From contig OZ024764.1 in the NCBI GenBank assembly GCA_964016885.1, forward strand, positions 28,520,001 through 28,584,000: DNA of 64,000 nucleotides, read 5' to 3'. A program made the translations under genes and the position numbers. Shown piece by piece: positions 39,755-53,166 of this stretch; the first letter of the stretch is position 1; the number at the start of each line of letters is the position of its first letter. Source of the stretch: Eledone cirrhosa. Taxonomy: Eukaryota. Under the pieces are notes generated by a model. It did no database searches. It had not been told where the DNA came from and worked only from the letters and a program-made list of their open reading frames with translations.

Positions 39755-40251
39755 TCTCTATATATATATATAAAATGTCCCCTCTCTCTCTCTCTATATA
39801 TATATATAAAATGTCCCCTCTCTCTATCTATATATATATATATAAAATGTCCCCTCTCTCTCTAGATATATATATATATATATATAAAATGTCCCCTCTA
39901 TCTCTCTATATATATATAAAATGTCCCCTCTCTCTCTAGATATATATATATATATATATATAAAATGTCCCCTCTCTCTCTCTATATATATATAAAATGT
40001 CCCCTCTCTCTCTATATATATATATAAAATGTCCCCTCTCTCTATATATATATATATAAAATGTCCCCTCTCTCTCTATATATATATATAAAATGTCCCC
40101 TCTCTCTATATATATATATATAAAATGTCCCCTCTCTCTCTCTATATATATATATAAAATGTCCCCTCTCTCTCTAGATATATATATATATATATATAAA
40201 ATGTCCCCTCTCTCTCTATATATATATATAAAATGTCCCCTCTCTCTCTAG

Positions 40252-40282
<31 letters not shown>

Positions 40283-40334
40283 CCCCTCTCTCTCTAGATA
40301 TATATATATATATATAAAATGTCCCCTCTCTCTC
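39755..40334. repeat. Compound minisatellite aaaatgtcccc(tc)n(ta)n
   Basis: Direct inspection; about 15 variable-length units. Confidence 0.9.
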
Positions 40335-40449
40335 ATTGTCCCACCCTTGCAAGCAGGGAAAAGCAGACATAAAATGATGATGATGATGATGATGAAATAA
40401 ATATATGCCTACATATAAATAAATATATACATATATATAAATAAATATA

Positions 40450-40502
<53 letters not shown>

Positions 40503-40641
40503 AAGTTAAATAAAAAGTCAAATGTTTAAAATTTAGCTTCGTTTATTACTGCTAATATATATATATATATATATACGTTATTCCGGGTTGAATCGGAGGT
40601 AACCACAGTAAGTAAGGTACTCAATACATAGCAGAGTATAA

Positions 40642-40770
40642 AAGTTTTAATATAGATGAGATTCTACAGGACTAGAACTGTTTCATTCATTAGAAATCAT
40701 CAGGATTCCTGATGATTTCTAATGAATGAAACAGTTCTAGTCCTGTAGAATCTCATCTATATTAAAACTT
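40642..40770. ncRNA. 129-bp perfect palindrome with hammerhead cores on both strands
   Basis: Centre cagga T tcctg. CTGATGA-tttctaatgaat-GAAA-cagttctag-TC-ctgtagaa. Confidence 0.6.
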
Positions 40771-40993
40771 ATATATATATATATATATTTCGTTTCTGAA
40801 TTTGTTTAGCAAGATTCTTTATCTGAAATCGTGTGTTGAAACCGATATTGTTATACTTTGGGAGGGTCATGTTGCCAATAAGAAACACACGCACCAGTTG
40901 CTTTCACTTCAATTTATTATAATAAATTTATAATAAATTTATAAATTTCTGGCTGGTTGGTTGGTTCCACAACCAGATAGTTGTTTATATATT

Positions 40994-41036
40994 GTCATAG
41001 TTCTTTCGTCACACACTCTGTGACCTCTTCAGTGAC
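40994..41036 (-). ncRNA. Minimal hammerhead ribozyme motif
   Basis: Reverse complement: gtca-CTGAAGA-ggtcac agagtgt gtgac-GAAA-gaac-TA-tgac. Confidence 0.65.
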
Positions 41037-41161
41037 TGGGGATTCCTTTCTTTGTTCTGTCCTATGCCATTTTGTTTCTGTGTGTATATATATATATATA
41101 TACAGATATTGGATTCTAAAAACCTTATTTTAGAATCCAATATCAATAAATAGACCAGGAT

Positions 41162-41224
41162 TTTTTCTTTCTGATGATTGAAAGCAAAATTTTTTGCTTT
41201 TAAGAAACCACTGGTAAATGGAAT
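41162..41224 (+). ncRNA. Minimal hammerhead ribozyme motif
   Basis: CTGATGA-ttgaaagcaaaattttttgcttttaa-GAAA-ccactgg-TA-aatggaa. Confidence 0.65.
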
Positions 41225-41566
41225 AATTGCCTTATGTTGTTTATTACATAACTATATATATATATATATATAACCAAACATTAATATGATTCATTGATTA
41301 CTCAATGAATATAGTTTTACAATAGATTAAAAGCACTCTACAAAGAAGTTTTCTGGAGTTATTAATATTAATAAATGAAGACATTCACATAATCAAAATA
41401 TATAATAAAACATATTTTGATTATGTGAATGTCTTCATTTATTAATATTCTGAATAATATATATATATTATAAGAACAGATTAAAGTTTAAGCAGCTGCT
41501 TTCACCCTTAACGGGATCATATGATAAATATTTGCTCTACTGGGTTTTAGTCTTCACATTTATTAT

Positions 41567-41608
<42 letters not shown>

Positions 41609-42252
41609 ATATATATATATATATATATGTGTGTGAGTGTGTGTGTATATATATATATATAGAGAGAGAGAGAGGGGTCATTTAAAAATATAAACATTTA
41701 GAGATGTGACATTTTATATATATATATAGAGAGAGAAGGGGAGAAATTCAGTTAAAGGCGGAGAAAGATATATAGAGAGAGAGAGAGAAAGAAGAGAGTA
41801 AGGGTGAGAAGGGGAGATAGAGACAGAGGGGGGTGTGACATTTAGAGAGATAGATAGAGAAAAAGAGAGGGAGGGGTAGTTAGAGATGTAGTGAGATAGA
41901 GATAAACTGAGAAAAGAGGAGGAAGGTGAATCTTTAAGATATCAGAGAGACGGACAGACAAAGAAAGAGAGAGAGGTGCAGTTAGATATATAGATATAAA
42001 GAGAGAGGTGGTGTTTAAAGTAGGTGACAGCTGAAATATATAAAAACAACATTTGTTTCATAATCATTCATAAAATTATGCAATACTGTGAAGACTATAA
42101 TAGAGGAATAGAAGAATCTATTTGACAAACATTTATAAAATTGTATAACCCTTTGAAGAGCAGAAGGAATAGGGAATTCTACTTTACAGACACTTTATAA
42201 ACTTCTGCAATCCCTTGAAAACATACAAGATAAAAGTAACAGAGAAAGAAAG

Positions 42253-42326
42253 ATGGATATGTTCTGTTTAGGAGAATATACCACAACTTTGGTACTTGGA
42301 GCTATTTGTATTTTATGTGTCTATCT
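42253..42326 (+). CDS. CYP3A-like: Cytochrome P450 clan 3, coding exon 1 (membrane anchor)
   Basis: MDMFCLGEYTTTLVLGAICILCVY(L), then ct/GTAAGT. The phase-2 donor joins exon 2 in frame. Confidence 0.75.
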
Positions 42327-42368
42327 GTAAGTACTGGATTGATTTAAAATCAAATTTATTGTGTTACA

Positions 42369-42420
<52 letters not shown>

Positions 42421-42479
42421 CATCATTGTCATTTCCATTTAACATCAATTTTTTCACGCTTGTATGGGTTAGATGGGTT

Positions 42480-42756
42480 GAGAGTGAAACTGTGTATAAG
42501 AGGGATACAGTTGTAGTGTGCGAGAGAGAAGACTGCATTGGTATGGACATGTGATGCACATGGAGGATGACCGCTGGGTGAAGAAGTGCCAAAAAAATGC
42601 CAGTAGAAGGAAGACCAGGATAAACATGGGCGGAGGTAGTGAGAGCAGACTTCAGATTGCTGAAGTTCACAGAGGGGGTGACAAATGGAGAGATGCTGTG
42701 CTGAAAAGGACCCATCCCACCCTTGCAAGCAAGAAAAAGCTGACGTAAAATGATGA

Positions 42757-42760
<4 letters not shown>
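42480..42760 (+). mobile_element. RTE LINE 3' end sharing its tail with SINE family A
   Basis: RERRLHWYGHV.HM.DDRWVKKC, ending cccacccttgcaagcaagaaaaagctgacgtaaaatgatgat. Confidence 0.85.
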
Positions 42761-42805
<45 letters not shown>

Positions 42806-42996
42806 GTGTGTGTCTTTATATATATATCAAAATTACAGTAGGAGAAAATACAACCAAATTCTTGAAAAAGTATTTATTTGTTTACAATTGGTTCAGAGGA
42901 GAAAATCACAATTTAATCTATGATTGAAGTGTATCAATATATATATTAGGCATATATATTAATCAAAAGTAATATATATATAATATATTCGCATCA

Positions 42997-43695
42997 TCAG
43001 TCTAGAACCCCTATCTTGCTCAGAACATTGACCTCCTGGAAACTGTTCAGAGACGTGCAACCAAGCATATACCCTCCATCAGACACCTACCATACTCTGA
43101 ACACCTTGCTTCCCTGGGCATGGATTCATTGAAGCTCCGACGTCTGGCAATGGACTTGGTGAATACCCACAAAGTTTTTAACCATCTCGCCAATTGCAAC
43201 CCTGAGCGCCTCTTTGATCTCCATGTGTCTAACACACGTGGACATGCCTACAAGATCAGAAAACAGCACAGCTCCCATGACTTTCGTAGACATTTTCTCA
43301 CGCTCAGAGTTGCTGAAGCATGGAACAAACTGCCTGCGTCAATTGTTAGCTGCCGAGACACTGCATCCTTTAAGACACTCATGCTTCCCGAAATACGCCA
43401 AAACTACACCTGATGTACCCCTTCCATACACATGCACACATGTGTGTATCATGACTCGTGCACTGTTCATTTTACTGATGTTTGTGCATTGCCCTATGTA
43501 CTGTACATGCACTTTTTTTGATGAGTTGTGGTGCACCTGGGCACTGTACACAATATTTCATTATTGTTATTATTATTATATCATGACTCATACACTGTTC
43601 ATTTTCCTGACATTTATACATTATTCTATGTACTATACATGCACCTTTGATGAGTTGTAGTGCACCTGAGCACTGTACACAATAATTTCATTATA

Positions 43696-43722
<27 letters not shown>
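42997..43722 (+). mobile_element. CR1-like LINE 3' fragment with an (att)n tail
   Basis: SLKLRRLAMDL..TRGHAYKIRK..RRHF.TLRVAEAWNKLP..SFK, a typical CR1 C-terminus. Confidence 0.85.
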
Positions 43723-43727
<5 letters not shown>

Positions 43728-43729
<2 letters not shown>

Positions 43730-43922
43730 GTTATGTAATAAACAACATAAGATAATTAATTCATTTACCAGTGGTTTCTTGAAGACACATTTATATCTGT
43801 CTTCAGTCGTCAGAATGAATAACATGTTATTCATTCTGATGACTGAAGACAGATATAAATATCTGTCTTCAAGAAACCTCTGGTAAATGAATTAATTATC
43901 TTATGTTGTTTATTTCATAACT
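43728..43922. ncRNA. Palindrome carrying two divergent hammerhead motifs (about 43759-43820 on -, about 43832-43891 on +)
   Basis: attcatt-CTGATGA-ctgaagacagatataaatatctgtcttcaa-GAAA-cctctgg-TA-aatgaat, with a 7-bp stem I and about 12-bp stem II. Centre aataacatgttatt. Confidence 0.8.
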
Positions 43923-44399
43923 AAAAAGCTCTGTAGCCTACATAGAGCACACTCTTTTCCTTTACCTTTCCTACGGAAATACTTTTATATATACATTTAT
44001 ATATATATATCATTATACTTTGGGAGGGTCATGTTGCCAATAAAAACACACACACACACACCTGTTGGTTTTCACTTCAATTTATTATTATAAATTTCCG
44101 GTTGGTTCAATAACCGGAAGGTTGTTTATATATTGTCAAAGCATGTGTTTTTATTAGCAACATGGCCCTCCCAAAGTATAACAAATTCAAAAACAAATTA
44201 GATATATATATATATATATTGGGGAGGGTCATATTGTTGTAATAATATTGCCAGAAATAATAACAGAACACACTCACTGTTTGGTTGGTTTTTGTTTCTG
44301 TATCTTTTATATCTCCATAGTTAATTTATCTGTCAATCAATGTTTATCATTGATTGACCATCATCATCATTTCATCATCATCATCATCATCATCGTCAT

Positions 44400-46255
44400 C
44401 ATCATCATCATCATCGTTTAACGTCCGTGTTCCATGCTTGCATGGGTTTGGACGGGAGTTTTCCCACTTGAGGCAAGAGTGGTTGTCTTGCTCGCATAGG
44501 ACTGTCTGGCGGGTTTTCTACAGTTGGATGCCCTTCCTAACACCAACCACATTTACAGTGTGGGGCTGGGAGGTTTTTACCGTGTTGCCTACACGGCCAC
44601 ATTACAGCGTGGACTGTCTGGCAGGTTTTCTACAGCTGGATGCCCTTCCTAACACCAACCACATTTACAGTGTGGGACTGGGACGTTTTTACCGTGTTGC
44701 CTACACGGTCACATTACAGCGTGGACTGTGTGTTTTTTTTTCGTGACACCTACATGATCTCATTTGTTTCGGCCTGGATTTTGTGACACCAACATAACTT
44801 TACATTGAAAGGGGCGGTGTGGATGGGGTGGGGGTGGTGGGACGGGGGGTGTATTTTGTTAGAGATGCCTACTGACTGTAGTAGGTTTTACTTTGTATTT
44901 AGGTAACGCGGGTCTTCTCTGTTACTGAGTACCGCCAAAGGTCTCGGTCCAGTGACATTGTCTTGGAGAGGTGTAAGTGTGTGAGGTCGGAATTTATCAG
45001 CTCGTCCCAGGTTTTTCTGGGTCAGCCTACTCCGTGGCTACCATCTATCTTTATTGCCCTGCACTTTGTTATACAGCTGTCGTCTTTCATGCGCATCACG
45101 TGACCATACCAACGTAGCCTTCTCTCGAGTAAACAACATCTGATCCCTCTTATTTCTAATTTTTTCCTTAGTTCGTTTATGCTTTGCCGTTCGCATATAT
45201 TACTATTACACATCCAGCGGAGCATGCAAGCTTCGTTCCTCTCTAGTCTGCGTATATCCTCTGCACACAATGCCCAGGTCTCACTGCCATGCAACATTGC
45301 TGTTCGTATGCAGGCATCATACAACCTGCCTTTCACTTTTAGGGAGACCCCTTTAGCGGCTAATAGTGGTATAAGCTCTCTGAACTTTTTCCATCCAGTT
45401 CTGACTCTAGCTACTGTACTTTCGGAGCACCCTCCCCCACTGCTGATTTTGTCACCCAGGTAACAGAAGCTGTCCACTATTTCTATAGAACCCTCTGCGC
45501 AGTTGAAAGAGCTAGTATTTTGTGGGCACTTGCTGCTACTTATTGCACCAGAGCACCGGCCACATGTAAAATCTGTGTTCTTAGTTAGCTTACCTGTGAT
45601 CCCACTACATCTTTTATGCACCCATACTTTGCATTTGGGACATAAAATGGAGTTTCTACCTACGCCTTTCCTACACACTGAGCATGGCCATTTCCCGGAA
45701 GGGACCGGCGCCTTATTTTCTTTCCTACAAACTAGAACTTTAGTCTTAGCCATGTTAATTTTAAGGCCTTTTGATTCTAGGCCGTGCTTCCACGTTTGGA
45801 ATTTCTTCTCTAGCTCGGCCATTGATTCAGCTATGGGCGTTAGGTCATCTGCGTATAGGAGTTCCCATGGGCAGCCGGTCTTGAACTCCTCTGTTATAGC
45901 CTGAAGAGCAATAATGAATAGTAGGGGGCTAAGAACAGAGCCCTGATGGACACCAACTTTTACGCTAAACTCTTCACTATATTCGTTGTTAATTCTAACC
46001 TTGCTCACTGTTTCTTTATACATGGCTTGTATAGCTCTCACAAGCCATTCGTCAACACCTAGTTTTCTAAGAGCCCACCAGATAATGGAACGGGGGACTC
46101 TGTCGAAGGCTTTCTCCAAGTCGACAAAGGCTAAGTATATTACTTTTAGCTAGGTACTTCTCCTGTAGTTGTCGTACAATGAAGAGAGCGTCTGTGGTAC
46201 TTTTGCCTGACACAAACCCGAACTGCATTTCATCTAGATCGATTCTCTCTCTGTT
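44400..46255 (-). mobile_element. 5'-truncated RTE LINE: RT with PHD-like insert, long 3'UTR and (gat)n tail
   Basis: ORF 45022-46119 reads EKAFDRVP..VGVHQGSVLSPLLF..LLYADDL..CSVC..CPKCKVWVHKRC..CGRC..FCYLGD..RRLRWYGHVMR. Confidence 0.92.
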
Positions 46256-46581
46256 CATTTTACGTCCGCTTTTTCCCTGCTTGCAAGGGTGAGACAGGAA
46301 CTGATTCTGGCTTGATCTCTACAGCTGGATGCCCTTCTTAACACCAACCTCATTTACAGTGAGTGCTGGGTGCTTTTTTGCCGTGGCACCTCCACGACCA
46401 CTTTGCAGTGGAATGATAGGGACCCCAGTCCCTATCATCTCATTTCTACAGCTGAGTAAACTGGAGCAATGTGAAATAAAGTGTCTTGCTCAAGGAAACA
46501 ACACATCACCCGGTCTGAGAATTGAACTCACAACTTTTTGATTGCAAGCCCAATGCTCTAACCACTAAGCCATGTGCCTCC
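46255..46581 (-). mobile_element. SINE family A
   Basis: Full-length copy abutting the RTE fragment. Confidence 0.9.
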
Positions 46582-46624
46582 ATATAGATGTTCAGGGAAA
46601 TTTGATAGTAGAAGTGTCAGTGAT

Positions 46625-47305
46625 AGATACTTTTTCAAATGCAGGTAGGTGCTATAGAGGTGGTTGATAGCTTCTGGTACCTAGGTGATTAGATTGGCAA
46701 GGGAGGAGGGTGCTCCAAGACCATAGTATCTAGAATAAGGACAGGATGGAAGAAGTTTAGGGAGCTGCTGCTTCTGTTGACAAAGAAGGGTTTCTCCTTG
46801 TGTACGGAAGGCCGGTTATACGATGCCTGTGTGAGATGCAGGATGCTGCATGGTAGGGAGACATGGGCAGCAACTGCGGAGGATATGCGACGGCTGGAGA
46901 GAAATGAAGCAAGCATGCTCCGTTGGATGTGCGTGAACGACCGAGCATGGATGAGTTGAGAGAGAAATTGCATATAAGAGGGATAAACTGTAGTGTGCGG
47001 GAGAGAAGACTACGTCGGTATGTCCCCAGACCCTACAGTTTCTCTCTCAATTCGTTTCTGGTTGGTCATTCACGCACATGGACATGTGCTGCATATGGAT
47101 GATGACCACTGGGTGAAGAAGTTCCAAGAAATCCCGGTGGAGGAAGACCATAAAATTCACGGGCGGGGGTGGTGAGAGCTGACCCCAGATTGCTGAAGTT
47201 CACAGAGGAGATGACGAAGGACCGTGACAAATGGAGAAATGCTGTGCTGAAAAGGACCCATCTCACCCTTGCAAGCAAGGAAAAGCAGATGTAAAATGAT
47301 GATGA
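46625..47305 (+). mobile_element. Decayed RTE LINE 3' fragment
   Basis: GRLYDACVR..MLHG.ETWA..RRLERNEASMLRWMC, with tail cccttgcaagcaaggaaaagcagatgtaaaatgatga. Confidence 0.85.
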
Positions 47306-47702
47306 ATGATCTTTATCTATTAGAAATATCTCATAGTGTTATTCAGATAAACTAGTTGAGGTTGTATAGCTTTCAGATTAAAAACCACACTATCACTGTC
47401 TCTTGTTTTTTTTTTCAAACTAGTTCTTTAGTACACTTAGTCAGGGATATCTTTGTTTGCTGAAATAACATAGCACTTGGTGTAGTCATGTATGATTCAC
47501 ATAGGAATTATTCAGAGACTAACTGGTACAAGATAAATAAAGGCATTATTGCCATTCTTTTACTCTTCCACACTCCTCTCTCTCTCTCTTTTTCTCACAC
47601 ACACACCCTGACTATTCCCTTGTCAATCAACTAATAAAACAGATTTTATTGAATAAATAAATAAAAACATTTTACTTTTAGAACACATCATGTAAATCTA
47701 GT

Positions 47703-47914
47703 TTAACCCATTAGCATTTACATTACAATATTTACAATTATATTTTCACAGTAAAGGCTTTACCTCGAATAATTATCTCACATAATATTGAATCTATGAG
47801 GCTTGGCTATTATTCATTTTGTGAACAATACCTTAACATCAGTATGAGTAGCCGGTTACAGCCAGTTTCAACCGAAAGAGGTGAGAGAATTCTGGCCGGA
47901 TACAGCCGATTTAA
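47703..47914 (+). mobile_element. Short piggyBac-like MITE copy with a single repeat unit, right end truncated
   Basis: TTAA|CCCATTAGCATTTA, one unit, then the shared right subterminal region up to a TTAA. Confidence 0.7.
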
Positions 47915-49561
47915 CCCTTTAGCATTTACATTACTCTATATCTGCTATTGTATTTTCACAGTAAAGGCTTTACCTCACATAATACCTCACATAACATTTA
48001 CATTACTCTATATATACTATTGTATTTTCACAAATGCTTTACCTCACATAATATCTCACATAACATTTACATTACTCTATATATACTATTATATTTTCAC
48101 AGTAAAGGCTTTACCTCACATAATACCTCACATAACATTCACATTACTCTATATATACTATTGTATTTTCACAGTAAAGGCTTTACCTCACATAATATCT
48201 CACATAACATTTACATTACTCTATATATACTATTGTATTTTCACAGTAAAGGCTTTACCTCACATAATACCTCACATAACATTTACATTACTCTATATAT
48301 ACTATTGTATTTTCACAGTAAATGCTTTACCTCACATAATATCTCACATAACATTTACATTACTCTATATATACTATTATATTTTCACAGTAAAGGCTTT
48401 ACCTCACATAATACCTCACATAACATTCACATTACTCTATATATACTATTGTATTTTCACAGTAAAGGCTTTACTTCACATAATATCTCACATAGCATTT
48501 ACATTACTCTATATATACTATTGTATTTTCACAGTAAAGGCTTTACCTCACATAATACCTCACATAACATTTACATTACTCTATATCTACTATTGTATTT
48601 TCACAGTAAAGGCTTTACCTTACATAATATCTCACATAACATTTACATTACTCTATATATACTATTGTATTTTCACAGTAAAGGCTTTACCTCACATAAT
48701 ATCTCACATAACATTTACATTACTCTATATATACTATTATATTTTCACAGTAAAGGTTTTACCTCACATAATATCTCACATAACATTTACATTACTCTAT
48801 ATATACTATTGTATTTTCACAGTAAAGGCTTTACCTCACATAATATCTCACATAACATTTACATTACTCTATATATACTATTGTATTTTCACAGTAAAGG
48901 CTTTACCTCACATAATATCTCACATAACATTTACATTACTCTATATATACTATTGTATTTTCACAGTAAAGGCTTTACCTCACATAATATCTCACATAAC
49001 ATTTACATTACTCTATATATACTATTATATTTTCACAGTAAAGGCTTTACCTCACATAATATCTCACATAACATTTACATTACTCTATATATACTATTGT
49101 ATTTTCACAGTAAAGGCTTTACCTCACATAATATCTCACATAACATTTACATTACTCTATATATACTATTATATTTTCACAGTAAAGGCTTTACCTCACA
49201 TAATATCTCACATAACATTTACATTACTCTATATATACTATTGTATTTTCACAGTAAAGGCTTTACCTCACATAATATCTCACATAACATTTACATTACT
49301 CTATATATACTATTGTATTTTCACAGTAAAGGCTTTACCTCACATAATATCTCACATAACATTTACATTACTCTATATATACTATTATATTTTCACAGTA
49401 AAGGCTTTACCTCACATAATATCGAATCTACAAGCTTTTGATGTTATTTATTTTGAGAACAACACCTTAACATCAGTATCAAACCAGTTACAGCTGGTTT
49501 GAACTGGAAGAGGTGAGAAAATTCTGGCCGGATATGGCTGGTTTAAATGCTAAAGTGTTAA
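47911..49561 (+). mobile_element. piggyBac-like MITE with about 21 x 72-bp units
   Basis: TTAA|CCCTTTAGCATTTA ... TAAATGCTAAAGTG|TTAA. Confidence 0.88.
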
Positions 49562-49754
49562 GAAGAAGAGGGGGGCCAGTGTAATAACTGAATTTGCTGT
49601 TTAATTCATTGAAGCTTGAAAAGTAGACATAAAATAGAGATATTGATATGTAATTCAATAGTCATCTGATCATGATGAAAAGACTTAGATGATTTCATCA
49701 GGTATGGATTGAAAGATTAGTTATATAGGACAAGATTATGGTGAATATGAATAG

Positions 49755-49946
49755 ATAATTGTTTCTACTTTAGGCACAAGGCCAGCAATTACCCAGTGCA
49801 TTACTGGTACTTTATTTTATCGACCCCGTAAGGATGAAAGGCAAAGTCAACCTCGGCGGGATTTGAACTCAGATCGTAAAGGGACGTAACTATGCTGGAA
49901 AGCATGGCGTCCGACCCTCTACCGATACTGCCAATCCACCGCCCTG
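49755..49946 (-). mobile_element. tRNA-derived SINE, family C (further copies at 9715-9820, 57610-57830, 58160-58370, 59165-59710, 60580-60730)
   Basis: Reverse complement: gggcggtggattggcagtatcggtagag..GAGTTCAAATCC..gcctttcatccttacggggtcgataaaataaagtaccag. Confidence 0.8.
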
Positions 49947-50009
49947 AATATGAATAGATAATAGAGTTCAATCAGGGATGACTCAGCAAATCAGTGTTTT
50001 GTAACAGCA

Positions 50010-50046
<37 letters not shown>

Positions 50047-50049
<3 letters not shown>

Positions 50050-51594
50050 TCAGACCGGGTGATGTGTTGTTCCTTGAGCAAGACACTTTATTTCACATTG
50101 CTCCAGTTTACTCAGCTGTAGAAATGAGATGATAGGGACTGGGGTCCCTATCATTCCACTGTAAAGTGGTCGTGGAGGTGCCACGGCTAAAAAGCACCCA
50201 GCCCACACTGTAAAGTGGTCGTGGAGGTGCCACGGCAAAAAAGCACCCAGCACTCACTGTAAAGTGGTCGTGGAGGTGCCACGGCAAAAAAGCACCCAGC
50301 ACTCACTGTAAAGTGGTCGTGGAGGTGCCACGGCAAAAAAGCACCCAGCACTCACTGTAAAGTGGTCGTGGAGGTGCCACGGCAAAAAAGCACCCAGCCC
50401 ACACTGTAAAGTGGTCGTGGAGGTGCCACGGCAAAAAAGCACCCAGCACTCACTGTAAAGTGGTCGTGGAGGTGCCACGGCAAAAAAGCACCCAGCACTC
50501 ACTGTAAAGTGGTCGTGGAGGTGCCACGGCAAAAAAGCACCCAGCCCACACTGTAAAGTGGTCGTGGAGGTGCCACGGCTAAAAAGCACCCAGCCCACAC
50601 TGTAAAGTGGTCGTGGAGGTGCCACGGCAAAAAAGCACCCAGCACTCACTGTAAAGTGGTCGTGGAGGTGCCACGGCAAAAAAGCACCCAGCACTCACTG
50701 TAAAGTGGTCGTGGAGGTGCCACGGCAAAAAAGCACCCAGCCCACACTGTAAAGTGGTCGTGGAGGTGCCACGGCAAAAAAGCACCCAGCACTCACTGTA
50801 AAGTGGTCGTGGAGGTGCCACGGCAAAAAAGCACCCAGCACTCACTGTAAAGTGGTCGTGGAGGTGCCACGGCAAAAAAGCACCCAGCCCACACTGTAAA
50901 GTGGTCGTGGAGGTGCCACGGCTAAAAAGCACCCAGCCCACACTGTAAAGTGGTCGTGGAGGTGCCACGGCAAAAAAGCACCCAGCCCACACTGGAAAGT
51001 GGTCGTGGAGGTGCCACGGCAAAAAAGCACCCAGCCCACACTGTAAAGTGGTCGTGGAGGTGCCACGGCAAAAAAGCACCCAGCCCACACTGTAAAGTGG
51101 TCGTGGAGGTGCCACGGCAAAAAGGCACCCAGCCCACACTGTAAAGTGGACGTGGAGGTGCCACGGCAAAAAAGCACCCAGCCCACACTGTAAAGTGGTC
51201 GTGGAGGTGCCACGGCAAAAAAGCACCCAGCCCACACTGTAAAGTGGTCGTGGAGGTGCCACGGCAAAAAAGCACCCAGCCCACACTGTAAAGTGGTCGT
51301 GGAGGTGCCACGGCAAAAAAGCACCCAGCCCACACTGTAAAGTGGTCGTGGAGGTGCCACGGCAAAAAAGCACCCAGCCCACACTGTAAAGTGGTCGTGG
51401 AGGTGCCACGGTAAGAAAGCACCCAGCACTCACTGTAAAGTGGTCGTGGAGGTGCCACGGCAAAAAAGCACCCAGCACTCACTGTAAATGAGGTTGGTGT
51501 TAGGAAGGGCATCCAGCTGTAGAAATCAAGCCAGTATCAGTTCCCGTCCCACCCTTGCAAGCAGGGAAAAGTGGACGTAAAATGATGATGATGA
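50047..51594 (+). mobile_element. SINE family A with the 49-bp unit expanded to about 27 copies
   Basis: SINE body at 50047-50156, array at 50157-51487, tail to 51594. Confidence 0.9.
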
Positions 51595-51674
51595 TATATA
51601 TATAATATATCTATATATAAGGTATATTATAAAATAACAGGAGGTTGGACTGGTGTAATTCCTTGAAAGGTTTA

Positions 51675-51730
51675 TTATACTATGATCATTTCAATGACCA
51701 GGTTCAGTATGAATCCGGTGACATCATGAG

Positions 51731-51738
<8 letters not shown>
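51675..51738 (-). ncRNA. Degenerate hammerhead motif (core CTCATGA)
   Basis: Reverse complement: tatac-CTCATGA-[stem II]-GAAA-tgatca-TA-gtata. Confidence 0.4.
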
Positions 51739-51770
<32 letters not shown>

Positions 51771-52059
51771 CATTATATATATATCATCATCATCATCATC
51801 TTCGTTTAACGTCCATCTTCCACGCTAGCATGGGTTAGACGGGAGTTGTCCCACTTGGGGCAAGGTTGGTCGGGTGACCATGTCTTGCTCATATAGGACT
51901 ATCTGGCAGGCTCTCTACGGCTGGATGCCCTTCCTAACACCAACCACATTTACAGTGTGGAACTGGGAGGTTTTTACCATCTTCGTTTAACGTCCATTTT
52001 CCACGCTAGCATGGGTTAGACGGGAGTTGTCCCACTTGAGGTATATATATATATATATA

Positions 52060-52556
52060 ATATCATCATCATCATTTTACATCCGCTTTTCCCTGCTCGC
52101 AACGGTGGGATGGGTCCTATTCAGCATGGTATCTCTCCATTCGTCACGGCCCTTTTCTCCTCCCCGAGCTTCAGTGATCTGAGGTCTGCTCTCACCACCT
52201 CTGCCCATGTTTTTCGTGGTCTTCCTTCCACTGGGATTTCTTGGCACTTCTTTACCCAGCGGTCATCCTCCATACACATCACATGTCCATACCATCTCAG
52301 TCTTCTCTCCCACACACCACAACTTATCCCTCTTATACACAGTTTCTCTCATTATATATAATGTATAATATATATATATATCTATCTAGAGCGGGTAAAA
52401 TTCCCGAGGTCTATGGACGAGTTCTCTCCAGCGGTCTCTGTCCCTCATTATCGCTGCCATGTCCTGCGTCTCCAACAGACCAGTGTCTGTCCTTAGGGCA
52501 TCAACATACGTTAACCTCGGTCTTCCTCTTCCAGTGTGTCCATGTAGGGGCTCCCA
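52060..52556 (-). mobile_element. Two RTE 3' fragments (52060-52350 and 52383-52556)
   Basis: WERRLRWYGHVMCMEDDRWVKKC and [18 protein letters not shown]. Confidence 0.8.
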
Positions 52557-52565
52557 CATATAATG

Positions 52566-52621
<56 letters not shown>

Positions 52622-53109
52622 GTGTATGAGTCATGACACACACACACACAACGAAAATTATTGTGTACAGGGCTCAGGTGCACTACAACTCATCAAAGGT
52701 GCATGTATAGTACATAGAATAATGTAGAAATGTCGGGAGAGTGAACAGTGTATGAGTCATGATATACGTGTGTGTGTGGAGGTTTTAAAGGATGCAGTGT
52801 CTCGACAGCTAACAACTGATCCAGGTAGTTTTTTACATACTTCAGCAACTCTGACCATATATGGTATGTATTTTTATTTTAGGCAACTTAACATTTGATA
52901 AGCAAGCGAGGTTTGGATTTTTGCCCATTTCTCAGATATAGAATAGTGTTGAGGGGGGTGGGGGTACTTATAATCAAAGATATACAGTAATCTCACCTTT
53001 CCTGCACTGAAATTATATATCAATAGCTTTAATCTATTGAATTAAGGTTCAAACTGATGTCATCACTGACAACTCAGCACGGCATTGACCTGACCGAGAA
53101 ATGAGATCT

Positions 53110-53130
53110 AATTTTCACTTTTATGAACAT

Positions 53131-53166
<36 letters not shown>

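Noticed and set aside
47796-49502. 568-aa and 497-aa ORFs (also 22768-23476, 58537-58968, 62236-63291)
   Set aside because: They are translations of the 72-bp MITE satellite. The unit is a multiple of 3 and lacks stops in two frames, so these are not genes.
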